Below, one piece after another: positions 24,678 through 47,300 of a DNA stretch of 64,000 nt (position 1 is the stretch's first letter; each line of letters starts with the position of its first letter). The notes under the pieces are model-generated. The model did not search any database and was not told the origin of the DNA. It saw nothing but the letters and a program-made list of their open reading frames with translations. Source of the stretch: Mobula birostris (lineage: Eukaryota); NCBI RefSeq assembly GCF_030028105.1, contig NC_092393.1:55865121-55929120 (forward strand), in the 5' to 3' direction. The position numbers and the translations under genes are program-made.

Positions 24678-25206
24678 CAAACAAGAGAAAATCTGCAGAC
24701 GCTGGAAATCCAAGCAGCACACACAAAATGCTGGAGGAACTCAGCAGGCCAGGCAGCACCTATGGAAAGTAGTACAGTCGAGATTTCTGGTCAAATGCAC
24801 TTCCTATTCCCATTCCATGACCACCTCTATTGTCGCGATGAGGCCACACTCAGAGGAGAGGCACTTTACATTCTGTCTGGGTAGGCTGCAACCTGATTGC
24901 ATGAACATCGATTTCTCGAACTTCCAATAATGCCCCTCCCCCACTTCACCAGTCCCCATCCCCTTTTCCCTCCCTCACCTTATCTCCTTGTCTGCCCATG
25001 GCTTCCCTCTGGTGCTCCTCTCCCTTTTCTTTTTTCCATGGCCTTCTGTCCTCTCCTAAAAGACTTTCTTCCCCCCAACGTTCTTCAGGCCTGTATCTCT
25101 TTCACCAATCAACTTTCCAGCTCTTTACTTCATCCCTCCCCCTCCTGGTTTCACCTATCACCTTGTGTTTCACTCTCCCTTTCCCCCACCTTTTAAATCT
25201 ACTCCT
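24678..25206. mobile_element. Penelope-like element fragment with inverted terminal segment
   Basis: A minus-oriented terminal repeat (24678-24795) joined to a plus-oriented GIY-YIG C-terminus and 3' UTR (24800-25206). Confidence 0.7.
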
Positions 25207-26470
25207 CAAACACGAGGAAATCTGCAGATGCTGGAATTTCAAGCAACACACATAAAAGTTGCTGGTGAACGCAGCAGGCCAGGCAGCATCTCTAGGAAGA
25301 GGTACAGTCGACGTTTCGGGCCAAGACCCTTCGTCGGGACTAACTGAAGGAAGAGCCAGTAAGAGATTTGAAAGTCGGAGGGGGAGGGGGAGATCTGAAA
25401 TGATAGGAGAAGACAGGAGGGGGAGGGATGGAGCCAAGAGCTGGACAGGTGATTGGAGAGGATCATTGGACAGGAGGCCTCAGGAGAAAGAGAAGGGGGA
25501 TGGGGCAAAAAGCCCAGAGGATGGGCAAGGGGTATAATGAGAGGGACAGAGGGAGAAAAAGGAGAGAGAGAAAAAGAATGTGTGTATATAAATAAATAAC
25601 GGATGGGGGAGGTGGGGCATTAGCGGAAGTTTGAGAAGTCAATATTGATGCTATCAGGTTGGAGGCTACCCAGACGGAATATAAGGTGTCGTTCCTCCAA
25701 CCTGAGTGTGGCTTAATCTTTACAGAAGGGGAGGCCGTGGATAGACATATTGGAATGGGAATGGGGCATGGAATTAAAATGTGTGGCCACTGGGAGATCC
25801 TGCTTTCTCTGGCAGACAGAGCGTAGGTGTTCAGCGAAACGATCTCCCAGTCTGCGTCGAGTCTCACCAATGTATAGAAGGCCACATCGGGAGCATCAGA
25901 CGCAGTATATCACCCCAGCTGAGTCACTGGTGAAGTGTTGCTTCACCTGGAAGGACTGTCTGAGGCCCTGAATGGTGGTGACGGATGAAGTGTAAGGGCA
26001 TGTGTAGCACTTGTTCCGCTTACAAGGATAAGTGCCAGGAGGGAGATCGGTGGGGAAGGATGGGGGGGATGAATGGACAAGGGAGTCGCGTAGGGAGCGA
26101 TCCCTGCAGAAAGCAGAGATGGGGGGAAGGGAAAGATGTGCTTAGTGGTGGGATCCCATTGGATGTGGAGTAAGTTACGGAGAATTATATGTTGGACCCG
26201 GAGGCTGGTGGGGTGGTAGGTGAGGACAAGGGGAACCCTATTCCTAGTGGGGTGGCGGGAGGATGAAGCAGATGTGCGTGAAATGGGGGAGATGCGTTTG
26301 AGAGCAGAGTTGATGGTGGAGGAAGGGAAGCCCCTTTCTTTAAAAAAGGACATCTCCCTCATCCTGGAATGAAAAGCCTCATCCTGAGAGCAGATGCGGC
26401 GGAGACGGAGGAACTGCGAGAAGGGGATGGCATTTTTGCAAGAGACAGTGTGAGAAGAGGAATAGTCCAT
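25207..26470 (-). mobile_element. Penelope-like retroelement (RT thumb + GIY-YIG endonuclease + terminal repeat), 5'-truncated
   Basis: DYSSSHTVSCKNAIPFSQFLRLRRICS...FFKERGFP...VPLVLTYHP, then YIGETRRRLGDRFAEHLRSV on the minus strand. Confidence 0.88.
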
Positions 26471-26545
26471 TATAACACTACTGGCACTTCATATATGGTG
26501 ATATGGTGGTGGCAGGGAAGAAGCTGTTTTTCATCCTAACAGTCC

Positions 26546-27212
26546 TTGTCGGTGAGAGGGGCCCTCCCGGTCAGATCCCTCCTGTACACCCGGAACGTCG
26601 TCTCCACACCCCGGTGCCCACGGGAGGACTACAGTGAGGAGTCTGTGACCCACCTCTTTGCACACTGTCAGTTCGCAGAGATGGTGTGGGGGAGGATGGA
26701 CAAGCTAGTGTCACTTTTCATCCCCAGCAGCTGCGTAACAGAGGACTCTCTGATCTACAGACTGTTCCCGGGGACACACATGGAGACCAACATCCGGTGC
26801 TGCTGGCAGATCATCAACTCGGTGAAAGACGCTCTTTGGTCGGCCCGAAACTTGATGATCTACCAGCACATGGAGATGTCCGTGGGAGAATGCTGCCGAC
26901 TGGCACATTCTCGGCTGCAGGAGTACGTGCTGAGGGACGCACTGAAACCTGGTGCAGCCACTGCAAGGGCCCGGTGGGGAAGGACCACGGTATAGGTTTC
27001 TCCACCCGCAGGAGCGGGAGGGGTCGGGTGGCAGGGAGCATACCCCTCAACAATGATGTGGTAAGGTGAACAACTGGAGTGCCATGTGGGTGGCCAAAAG
27101 TATGGGTATGTACACACCATAATGAGAACGTATGTAAAGGATGGAAAGTTATTGAATGGTTTATTGTATAGAATTTTATTTTTGAATAAAGTATATTTTG
27201 AAATTTTAAAAA
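26546..27212 (+). mobile_element. L1/Tx1-clade LINE 3' end
   Basis: Zinc-finger-like CPRE...EESVTHLFAHC...VW and KDALWSARN peptides; AATAAA at about 27185 and an A-rich tail. Confidence 0.8.
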
Positions 27213-27214
27213 AT

Positions 27215-28190
27215 TGTATGGTACCTCCTGCCTGATGGTAGGGGGTGAAAGACTGTTGGACAGATGGGAGAGATCACTTACAATGTTATAGGCCCTGTGT
27301 ACACAGCACTCATGTTAAGTATCACAGCCATCCTCACAACCCTTTGTAGGGTCTTGCAGTCAGATGTCTTGCAATTCCCATACCAGACTGTGATGCAGCT
27401 GATCAGGGCACTATTAATGGTGCTCCAGTAAAAATTGGTTAGATTGGGGATGGGGGGGGCAAGGGCAGAGAAGAGCCTTGCTTGCCTCAATGTCCTGAGG
27501 AAGTGGAGACACTGCTGTGATTTCATGGTGAAGGACCAGGTGAGACATCTGTTATGCACCCTCCCAGAAACTTGGTACTCCTTAACCCTCCACAGAGGAG
27601 CTGTGTATGTGCAGTGAGAAGTAGTCAGCCTGTACTTCCTAAAGTTCACAATCATCTCTTTAGTCTTGTCCACATTGAGACTCAGGTTGTTGTGTTCACA
27701 CCATTTTACCAGCTGCTGTACCTCCTCTCTGTACACTCTTGTTGCCATTGATGAGACCAACCACTGTACTATCAATAGCATGTAATCAGTAAACTTGATT
27801 CAGTTAAAACTGAATATAGCAGTGCAGTCATGTGTCAGCAGCAGGCTGAGCATGCAGTCCCTGGGGTTGCCGGTGCTCAGCATGATGGAGCTAGAGGTGT
27901 TGCTGCCATACAGACCTACTGTGGTCTTTGTCAAGTCCAAGATCCAATTAGAGGTATTGAGACCCAATGAAGACAGTTTAACCATCAGCTTCTGAGAGAT
28001 GATTGTGTTAAACACTGAGCTAAAGTCAACAGAATGTAGGCACCATTGCCCAAGGTGGGACAGAATGGACACTTTTGCATCATCATTGGACCAGTTGGAG
28101 CAATAAGCCAACTGGAAAGGGTCTAGTGTGGCAGGAAGTTGGGATTTAATGTAATCCATTACCAGCTACCCAAAGCACATTGTTTAGGTC
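27215..28190 (-). mobile_element. Rex1/Babar-type LINE RT fragment
   Basis: LDPFQLAY, DFSSVFNTI, WCEHNNLSLNVDKTKEMIV and CITVWYGNC peptides. Confidence 0.8.
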
Positions 28191-30678
28191 AGTGCCACTG
28201 GCCAACTAAACAGAAATGCTTGAAGCATCTCTTTCATGGTTCATGGAGGGATGGAAGTGCAAGAGTGCCAAAGATCTCACCATACCACACATCCCCTGAG
28301 AAATGTTCATTGACCAGACTAAAGCAAGCAATGTTAAAATGGTGTAGAAATAGCAGCCCACAGCTGTGACAGCAAGTACACTTAAAATATATAACAGGCA
28401 GGAGGAATAAATTAACACTAGCAATCTGACCACAAAGGGAATTAATGAATTGTAGTTGGTCTACTTCACACAAGAGTAAACATTTACTTACAGTGCCAGT
28501 ATGTAGGACTTAAGTCATAAATCTGCCTACATCATTAAGGTTGCTTGGAACAAATACCTTGAAAATTAATTCTAGTGAGTCACTAATGTCTAGAAAAGAT
28601 AGTAAATTGGGAGTATTTTCTTAAAAAATACAAATGCAGCTAATTCTGAATCCTCTGTACATTGTTAATGTAATAAAAATGACAATTTCAAATTATTATT
28701 GAAAACATTGTTGGGGTTTGTTACAAACTTGAACTTGCAGATTTCTCACCATTTTAGCATTTATAACCTTAGTTCTCATTACCTTTAGTATGCTTAACTG
28801 ATTACATGACAGTATGATTGTAGACTTAGCAACGAAAATGATTCTACAATTCATCCCAGGAAGTGCAAGAATCTTTTAAGATTGTTCAGTGAAATTGAAC
28901 AGTTCTGAACAATTGACCAAATTAATTATATTAAGTGGAAAATTAATTAACAGACCTGGACACTATTAGCACATGGCCTTCCTATTGCAATTTCTAATAC
29001 AAATCACAGTAAACTTGTCATGCTTCATCAGGTTGAGTCTCCAATGCATTGTGCCGAGTTGTTTTCCACCTAAATGTTTCATTATTGCACAAAGCATATA
29101 TTACAGAGCAGCTGGAACTCCAACCACACCCAGGGAATTACAACACATGATTCATAGCAGAAAAGGTTCTCTTCTAAAGCTCTGAAATCTAAGTGTAGGA
29201 AACAGCCATACATCTGCATTTTTCCCCAGTTACGAGTTCACTAAATTTCCACTATATCGAGTATTTCCTGCATTTTTCCATTAAAACACAAAAACCTCAA
29301 CTATTATGATAATTAACAAACCCCATCATCTCTAACAAAGACCTTTTGGCCAATTTTTCAATTGAAAAGCTGCAAGTGTTGCTGTGCAGTGCATTTTTTT
29401 CCTGCGTATAAAAAGGTAGCCCAAGATGAAGCTTCTGACTTTAATTACTATAGCTTGTATGTTAAAGGTTATTTCACACTAAGTAAGGGGGCTCCTGGAC
29501 TATAAAATTATAATCTACATCAATAGTAGATAATTTAAGGAAATTATGCAGTTGTAAAATTTACCCCCACATGCCTATTATGAAAGCAGGCACACAGATC
29601 TTCAAAAAGTATTGAGCTTTTTTTTTGCAATTCATGCAAGCAGAAAATATTGCACATATCTGATGTTCCCTGCAGATAGCTTTCCTCCTTACCTCCCCAC
29701 CCCCCCCCCCCCAACCCACTGTCAGAACCAGCATTTGAATAGCAGTAACAAGTCCCAAGATGGTAAGACTCTTGAAAGCAGCCATTTCCAAGTCCTGGAT
29801 AATTTTTTAAAAATATATTGTGAACATAAAAGGTGGATTTCTGGATTTGAAAACTGCTGTATTTTTTGAAGTCGTAAAAACAAAATACTTCTGCTATTCA
29901 ACAGCCTCCATTGCCACGTCATCAAATCTAGCATATTTTATTCCAGATGCAAAAATCCTTCCAAATCAAAACTTAGCAAATTTAGATACCAAACCTATTC
30001 ACACCTACACACAGATTAGATATTTTAAAGCAAGTAATTGATACAATTTAGGGTTGAAGTTAAGGAAGCTTTGTGTCAATACTGATGCCCCAGTTAAGTG
30101 TTATACCATGGACCCATTACTGAAGTAGCAGCTCCATGATGCTAGCCTGCAATAGGTAATATCTATGCACTTTGATAATGAACTTGCCTTGAACTTTGCA
30201 GTTTCCAACACAAGACTAAAAATGTCCCAGAAAAGTAGCTTACAGCAGGAATAGAATTCCCTGCCTTTTGGTGAGTCAATAGCAACAGCCAACTTCTCAG
30301 ACCACAAGAAAAAGAATTGGGCCATTCAGCCCATCTAGTCTACTCCACCATTCTATCATGGCTGATTTATTCTTAATAGCAACAGCCAACTTCAGACAAT
30401 TGGTATAGACTCATTTTAGAACAATCTGTGTTACTAGCTGAATCAGTGAGCATACACCCGTTTCAAATTTTTACCCTCACAGCCAAGTTACATCCAAATT
30501 TGTGTTTTGATGATACTTTACCATCTCTCCCGATCTCACCCAATAGCAATTCTCAGCTTCAAATTCATAGCAATAACTAAAATACAAACACAAGTCATAG
30601 TGCTATTAATGCAGAACACGCAATTGTGTAAACTGATGTATTCTTAATAATACACAATAGAATCCAAATTTTTAAACT

Positions 30679-30684
30679 TTTATT
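30679..30684 (-). terminator. Probable proximal DDX5 polyadenylation signal AATAAA
   Basis: TTTATT on the + strand about 350 nt past the stop codon, followed on the minus strand by U/GU-rich sequence. Confidence 0.6.
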
Positions 30685-31028
30685 TAAAATGACACTTTGG
30701 CAGTTACATACATACAGAACTCCAAGACCTTCAAACTTCCATATTGGAAGGACATGCATCTTTACATACACTGTGGTACTTAATTATGCATAAGTTAAAC
30801 TTGTATAATATTAATCTGCCATTCTAATAGAAAAACTAACAAAAAATTTGAGGAATGTAAAGTAACAAAAAAATTAAATAATGGGGAAAGTGCACCAATC
30901 CTACTGCTGCACTGCAGTCTTCCTTGGAATATCAATGGTTTCTAATATTAAAGAACTTCCTCATCCTCAAACAAAGTTACAGTACATGTCAGAAGAGAAT
31001 GGAAAAAATTGACATCTAGTTTAATAAG

Positions 31029-40595
<9,567 letters not shown>

Positions 40596-41351
40596 TGAAA
40601 CGATGAGTGCTTTCAGAGGAGATGTGAAACGGACGACAAAGATGACGAACACGAGGATGAATGAGGAGCTAAGATGCCGGCTCCTTGTCCGCCTTAACTA
40701 AATGCCGGCGAGAGGGAGGGAGAACGCCTCACCGCCCGGAACTCTTTCCTCCGCACCCCAGACCTTGCAGCATCAACTTCACTTCCCGCCTCATTCCACT
40801 ACTCACAAACGACCCAACATCAACACCCCTCGCTTATATTTGTCTTGAATTCTTCCTGAAAACATTATCTCAGCCTATCTCCTGATTTATTTCATTTTAT
40901 GGGAACTACTTTGTTGCGCCGGACGATTACAAATGAGCAAGAGGTTCTTTTTTTCCCCTTGACGACCGGGTGACGTCAATCAAACTACAGGTACGGAGAC
41001 CTATAAAACGAGTGTATCATGATAAATAAACGTGGAAAATCTATATTCTTCGGCGTGTAATGTTCCTAACTAATCTGTATAGGATGGAAACGGTGTATAA
41101 ATTAATAGAAGTATTTTCAGGCGATCGCCCCTGTCTGTGACGCAGTTGTGGGAGTGAGCGGTTGGTGACGCCATGGTCGCAGCCAATCAGAGCTGAGGAT
41201 GCGTTTAAATGTACAGGGTCCTCCGGCCGGCCAGGCTGCATGAAAACATCATGACAGGGCAGCGGTTGACGTGAGAAATCAGCCCCTGGCCCTCTAACCC
41301 AGATATTCTGCTGGAGGGGGACAATAATATCACCCGCGCTCCTCAGACAGG
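40596..41351. promoter_or_regulatory. Bidirectional CpG-island promoter shared by DDX5 and CEP95 (includes both 5' UTRs)
   Basis: Start codons are 757 bp apart, head-to-head. TATA-like AATATAAG (minus, about 40833-40840), CRE TGACGTCA (40971-40978), CCAAT box AGCCAATCAG (41181-41190) and E2F/ETS-like GGCGGGAAGT (minus, about 40781-40790). Confidence 0.8.
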
Positions 41352-44300
41352 ATGGAAATCCCCAATGAGAGAGGTAGGTTGATGTTGACTGCCTCCAACA
41401 CTAGGCCAGCCTGTGACCTAGAGATGCCTCTGATAATGTTGTGTGTGTGTTTGTGTTTGTGTTTGCCCTTTAATCTCATCGTCTGTACCTTAAACCGTGA
41501 CATCTGAACTCGCCTTTTTACATTATTGTGGTATTTACATTTTTAAAAAATGGTTGACTACATTTGGTGGTGTAAACCAGGAAGTGTATTTACTCCGTCA
41601 GCTGTGCAGTGGTAGTGTCAAGGTAACTAGACAGGGAAACTTGTTCATAGGCGCCAATAGAGGCGGTAAGTGTGTGTGTGGGGGGGGGGATTCTTGCTCA
41701 ATTCGTAGTTTGACTTTGTCGTCATGGCTGATTGAACAGATTAAATTGAATTGTCACTTGTGGCTTAGGCTGACAACCTGTTTTCATATTTCCACCATTA
41801 ATACTGATTTATTCTCTGTCGGATTTTTGCCTGACAACAGTAAGAAACTACGCTGGGTGTAACTACCGTGATATTTGCATTGACTTAATTGAAATTGCTA
41901 ATGTAGGTTATTGACGTAACGTTGTGAATTTACCTTCCGGGCTTGGTTTATTGAAAGTAAATTTATTATCATAGTCCATTAGTCACCATATACAACCCTG
42001 AGTTTAATTTTTGCGGACATTTTTTAAAATCTATAATAGAATAATACGCATAATGGAATCAATGAAAGATTGCATCAACTTGGGCGTTCAACCAGTGTGC
42101 AAAAGTCGACAAACTGCAAATACAGAAGATAGATAATAATAATAAATATGGAAGCAATAAAAATAGAAAACGTGAGATGAAGAGTCATTAAGTCCATTGG
42201 TTGTGGAATCCATTTCGGTGATGGGGCAAGTGAGGTGAGTGAAGTTATCCCCTTTGGTTCAAGAGTCTGATTCCCGAACTTGATGGTGTGAGTCCTGAGG
42301 CTGTTGTACCACCTTCCTGATGGCAGCAGTGAGGGGAGAGTATGAACTTGGTGGTGGGGATACCCGATAATGGATGCTGCTTTCCTGTGACAGCGTTTCA
42401 TGTAGATGTGATCAATGGCTGGGAGGGCTTTACCCGTGATAGACTGGGCCGTATCTCCTACTTTTTGTAGGATTTTCTGTTCAAGGGCATTGGTGTTTTC
42501 ATATCAGGCTGTGATCTAGCTAGTCAATATACTCCCAACCACACATCTATAGAAGTTTGTCAAAGTTTTGGATGTCCTGCCGAATCTTTGCAAACTCCTG
42601 GTGAATTATACAATTCCACGGCTCTACATATCTTAAAGTTTCTATTATTGGAACCGAGTCGTTGTGTAACGGTGTTCAAAGACCAGTATAGTGTTCCAAA
42701 ATGCGCTGCTTCCGTTGTATGCAAGGACTGTGCTGTACCCTTTGGAATAATGAGTCGAAATGTTGTGCTTTTTTGTGCACTAGTTTTAGAAACCAAACTT
42801 GTTACCCTCTAACTGGGGTGGGGGGGTGAAATTAGTTTGGACAGATCTATGAATAAAAATGAAACAAAAAATTAACTTGAGTCGCTAAAATTATTGTAAC
42901 GCTTTTCCTGGATGTGCGGCCACTGCATGATAGTCATAACTTGATCAAGTTTGTTCCGTCTTTCCTAGCTCTCCTGACTTGGGTGTAGGGAGGCGAGTAT
43001 ATTTGTGTGATGCACAGGGACAGTACAGTATTTGTGCAGAATCGAATGGGCCATTGAGTTCTTTCCAGTTCACCATCACATCTTTAGTGCATTTTCTGTT
43101 TGTTGTTGAGCAAAACCTTTTCATGGTTCCAAGAACGCATTACAGTACACCTCTAAATTGAGGTATATAGATTAGTGGGAACTTAGACTTAAAAATGTAT
43201 GATTAAGAGAAAAACAGATAAGCATTTGCTATTACAAGCAGTACAACTATTTATGAGCAAGCCTGAATAATATAGATTAAGAAGATTAAGTGTCATAAAT
43301 CCATTTTAATTATGCTTATTAGCTAAATATCTGAACACTTTGTTTTGTTGTTATTCATTGATCTGTCACAAGTTAATTTCCACCACACCCCTAGTTAGTG
43401 ACCAATACGTTTGGTCACTAAAATTAGAACTTTGTTCCCTGTCATTAGTTTTGTTTCCTATAGATGCCTTTTTATTGGCCCTAAAGATAGAGAGGTTACT
43501 TGCTTCCATACCTTCTCAATGTCAATTTAAAAAGGATGTCTGATTTTGTATATGCAGATTATGTTAAAAGTGTTGATGGTAATTTCTTGGGTTTAAAAAA
43601 ATTGTAATTGTGACTTGAACTAATATACTTCCCAGTGACTATCTAGCTGTTGCAATGGTAATTCTGAGTAAATTTTGTCATTAAACACTGGGACTGGTAT
43701 ACTCAAGTGATTTCAAGAAAATAAATTCATTGCTGTATTCAGATGGCTTAAAGTGCATTTATGTTCCACCACATTTTAATTCATTTACATGTTGGTTTTG
43801 ATTCAATGTATAGCACTCTTACTTCTGAAATTAGTTATGATTTTTAAAACATCTCTTTCACTCCCCCCCCCGCCCCCCAGAATTTCAAGCCCATCATCTA
43901 AGCTAACACTTCCTTGGAATGCTATACTGTTAGAGCTGACACTTTTCAAGTACATAAATGTACTTTCAAATTACAAAAGCATTATCTAATCATTTCATAG
44001 ATGCTTGTGCCACTTACTGGCACAAAAATTTTGTTTTCTTATTCAGCATTGGAAATCCCCCAGCTATGAACCTAAGTACAGTACTGTGTATTTTACTTGG
44101 GATGATTTTATATACGTACCCAGTTTGTCACAGGTAAAGCCCTTCCCACCATTGAGCACATCTACGTGAAGTGTTGTTGCAAGAAAGCAGCATCCGTCAT
44201 CAGGAACCCACACCATCTAGGTCATGCTGTCTTCTCACTGCTGCCATCAAGACTCACATTGCCAGGTTCAGGAACAGTTATTACCCCTTAACCATCAGGC

Positions 44301-47300
44301 TCTTGAACCAAAGGGAATAACTTGACTCAACTTCACATCCCATCATTGAAATGCTCCTACAACCTATGGACTCTGCTTCATTTTATTGCTCATTTATTTA
44401 TCATTTCTTTTTTTTCTATTTGCACAGTTTCTTGTCTTTTGCACTGGTTGAATTCCCTAGATGGTGTGGTCTTTCATTGATTCTGTTATGGATTTATTGA
44501 GCATGCCCACAATAAAATTAATCTCAGGGTTGTAAATGGTAATATATATGTACTTTGGTAATAAATTTACTTTGAACTTTATACTTTAAGATGGCTTGAA
44601 GCTATGAATGATGTTGTATACATTGTGCTTTTATGTTCTTCTTCATTCACCCCATAATATACGCCGACTTGATTAATTATTGTATGGTGGTAAAGTTCCT
44701 TAGCCATTATGGCTAACATGAATGGGCACAGTTTTAAAGTGCTTGGAAGGAGGCACAGAGGAGATGTCAGGGGTAAGTTTTTTATGCAGAGAGTGGTGAG
44801 AGCATGGAATGGGCTGCCAGCGATGGTGGAGGAGGCGGATACGACAGGGTCTTTTAAGAGACTCCTGGATAGGTACATGGAGCTTAGGAAAATAGAGGGC
44901 TATGGGTAACCCGAGGTAATTTCTAAAGTAAGTATATGTTCAGGACAGTATTGTGGGCTGAAGGGCCTGTATTGTGCTGTAGGTTTTCTATGTTTCTATT
45001 AGCTGGTTTATCTGACTAAATGGCTCATTCTATCCATTACTTGCACACTGCCTTGTGTTGTTATACATACCTGATGAAAGAAATTGTTCCAAAGTAGGTT
45101 GTGGGCTCAGAGAACATTTGGTTAGGGATACAAGTTATCACTGAAAAGTTGGTGGCAGGAAATTACAGATGGATGAGGGAATAATGTAGACTCCACATTT
45201 TAAACTTGAAGTAGCATAATCCATTTTGCAGCAAACACTAGGGATATTGATCTGGGAACAGTCAAACCAAAAACAAAATGGAGTTACTAATATCGGCATC
45301 GAAGTGCAAGGCTGGAATAGTCTTTGCTATGATGTAGAAAATATCAAAATTCCACAAAATAATGTAGATCAACAGATGACTATTATTATTCCGGAACACT
45401 GATCACAACATCTTTGCTGTTTCTATAAATTTGTTGTCTCTTCATCCCACAGTGTAATTCAGAGTTAAGTGTGCCATCCATTGATCCACAAGAAATGCTA
45501 CATTTAAATCTACATTATCATTATCAAAGTATATGACATTGTGAAATGTACATGGGTACATTTTTTTATTATTTCAATTGAGAGCTGTTTAATTGTAGCA
45601 TTTCTTAGGGTTTTTTTCTAGAGTCCTAGAAAAGTACAGCACAGAAGCAGGCACTTTGGACCATCTAATCCATGCTGAAGCCATTTAAACTGCTTATTCC
45701 TATCGACTTGCACCGGGACCATACCCCTACCCTCCACGTACCTATCCAAACCTGCTAGATACTGTACTATACCTATTTACTACCTCTGTACCTTCATAAT
45801 TGTGAATGTTTTGATCAATTCCCCTCTCAATCTTCTACTTTTCTTAAGTGCCCTATCTGAGCTTGGAAAGTATTTTATATTTCATTCTAGTAGGCTGAAT
45901 AAATGGGATAAATAAACACCTGCAGAGGTAATATTGGAAATAAAAACTTTAGAATAAAAAAAACTGAAATACTGATTTGCAGTGGTCAGGGTTGGTTATT
46001 GGGGCAGGGAAGGGTAGGGAAAGCTTCAAGTTCAGATTGGAATAAGTTAGAGTTGAGTGAGGGGACAGTATTGGTTAATAACATTCTGCCAGTTTTTTTT
46101 TTTATGGTAAGGTATGAGAGAGCAGAGTGAATTTGGGAATTCTGAAAAGCAGAGAAAGCATGCACACCTGAGAGAATACACTCTTTGTGAGAGAGTCACA
46201 AAGGTGGCAGAAGATAACTATATTCATAAATATCAATCATTATTCAATCTTGAGCATTGAATTGGAAGAAGGACAAACCAGGCTGAGGAGTTGCAGAGGT
46301 GGTCTGAAATATCCAAAATGATAATTTGAAGATTAGCTTTATTTGTAATGTGTACTGCACATCAAAACATAATTAATATTTTAATTTTTGGAACTGACAT
46401 CCCAGTTAATTCTGCCTATGAGCAATGATTTTAAATATGAACATCTCTGTCTGTTGGAATGAAGCTTTATGCTGACACTTGACCCGTAATACAAAAAACC
46501 GTCTATTCCCGTTAGTCCATATTTACCAACCTGTGTTCCTAATCCCAAGTGGCTGCCCTGTTGGTCTGTAAACAATTTATGTTGAGAGTTTCTCACCTCT
46601 CTGTACACCTGGGAATTGAATTGGGAATGTAAACTTGGTGGCTTTATTTTCTTTGGAGTCACAGCATGGAAACAGACCCTTTAGCCCAATCCATCTGTAC
46701 CGATCAAGGTGCCTCCTTGAGCTAGTCCCATTGCATGTGTTCATACTCCTTTAAACCTTTCCTATTCGTGAATCTTTCCAAATATTTTAAAATGTTACAG
46801 TTGTACTGACCTCTACCACATTCCCTCTATATATACCCCCATACTACTGCGTCGACTCAAACGTAGGGGGCCGGCGTTGGGCATGATGACAGACTCCCCA
46901 CTTCTCCCTCTCCCTCATCAGTGTGTTCAGTTCATCTATGTTAGCCATGCTGCTGTCTTCCAGGAGCGTGTTGACCATAGTCTTGGAAGGGAACCCAGGG
47001 TTCATCCTCCCATGCTTGGGTTCCCATACGATGACTAGGCTGGCAGGTAGCTCGGGGTGGCGTAGACAGTGCCCCGCTAGTTGCAGTCTTCTCGCCTCAA
47101 TTTTAGTGGTGAGCATTGGTAGGTCGTCATAGAGCTCGACGTTCGTCATGTGCTGTTGCCAACTCACATCAAGAGCCATCCGGAGCATTCATGTATAGCA
47201 ACCATCTAGAGACTTTCGCATCGTCTTGGTGAGTGTCCACGTCTCGCATCCGTACGTGAGAATGGACTCTATGACTGCTATGAAAATCCTCTTTTTAAGC

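Noticed and set aside
29385-30916. 9-bp complementarity (TGCACTGCA/TGCAGTGCA) between proximal and distal DDX5 3' UTR blocks
   Set aside because: Too short to be significant over 2 kb without covariation data.
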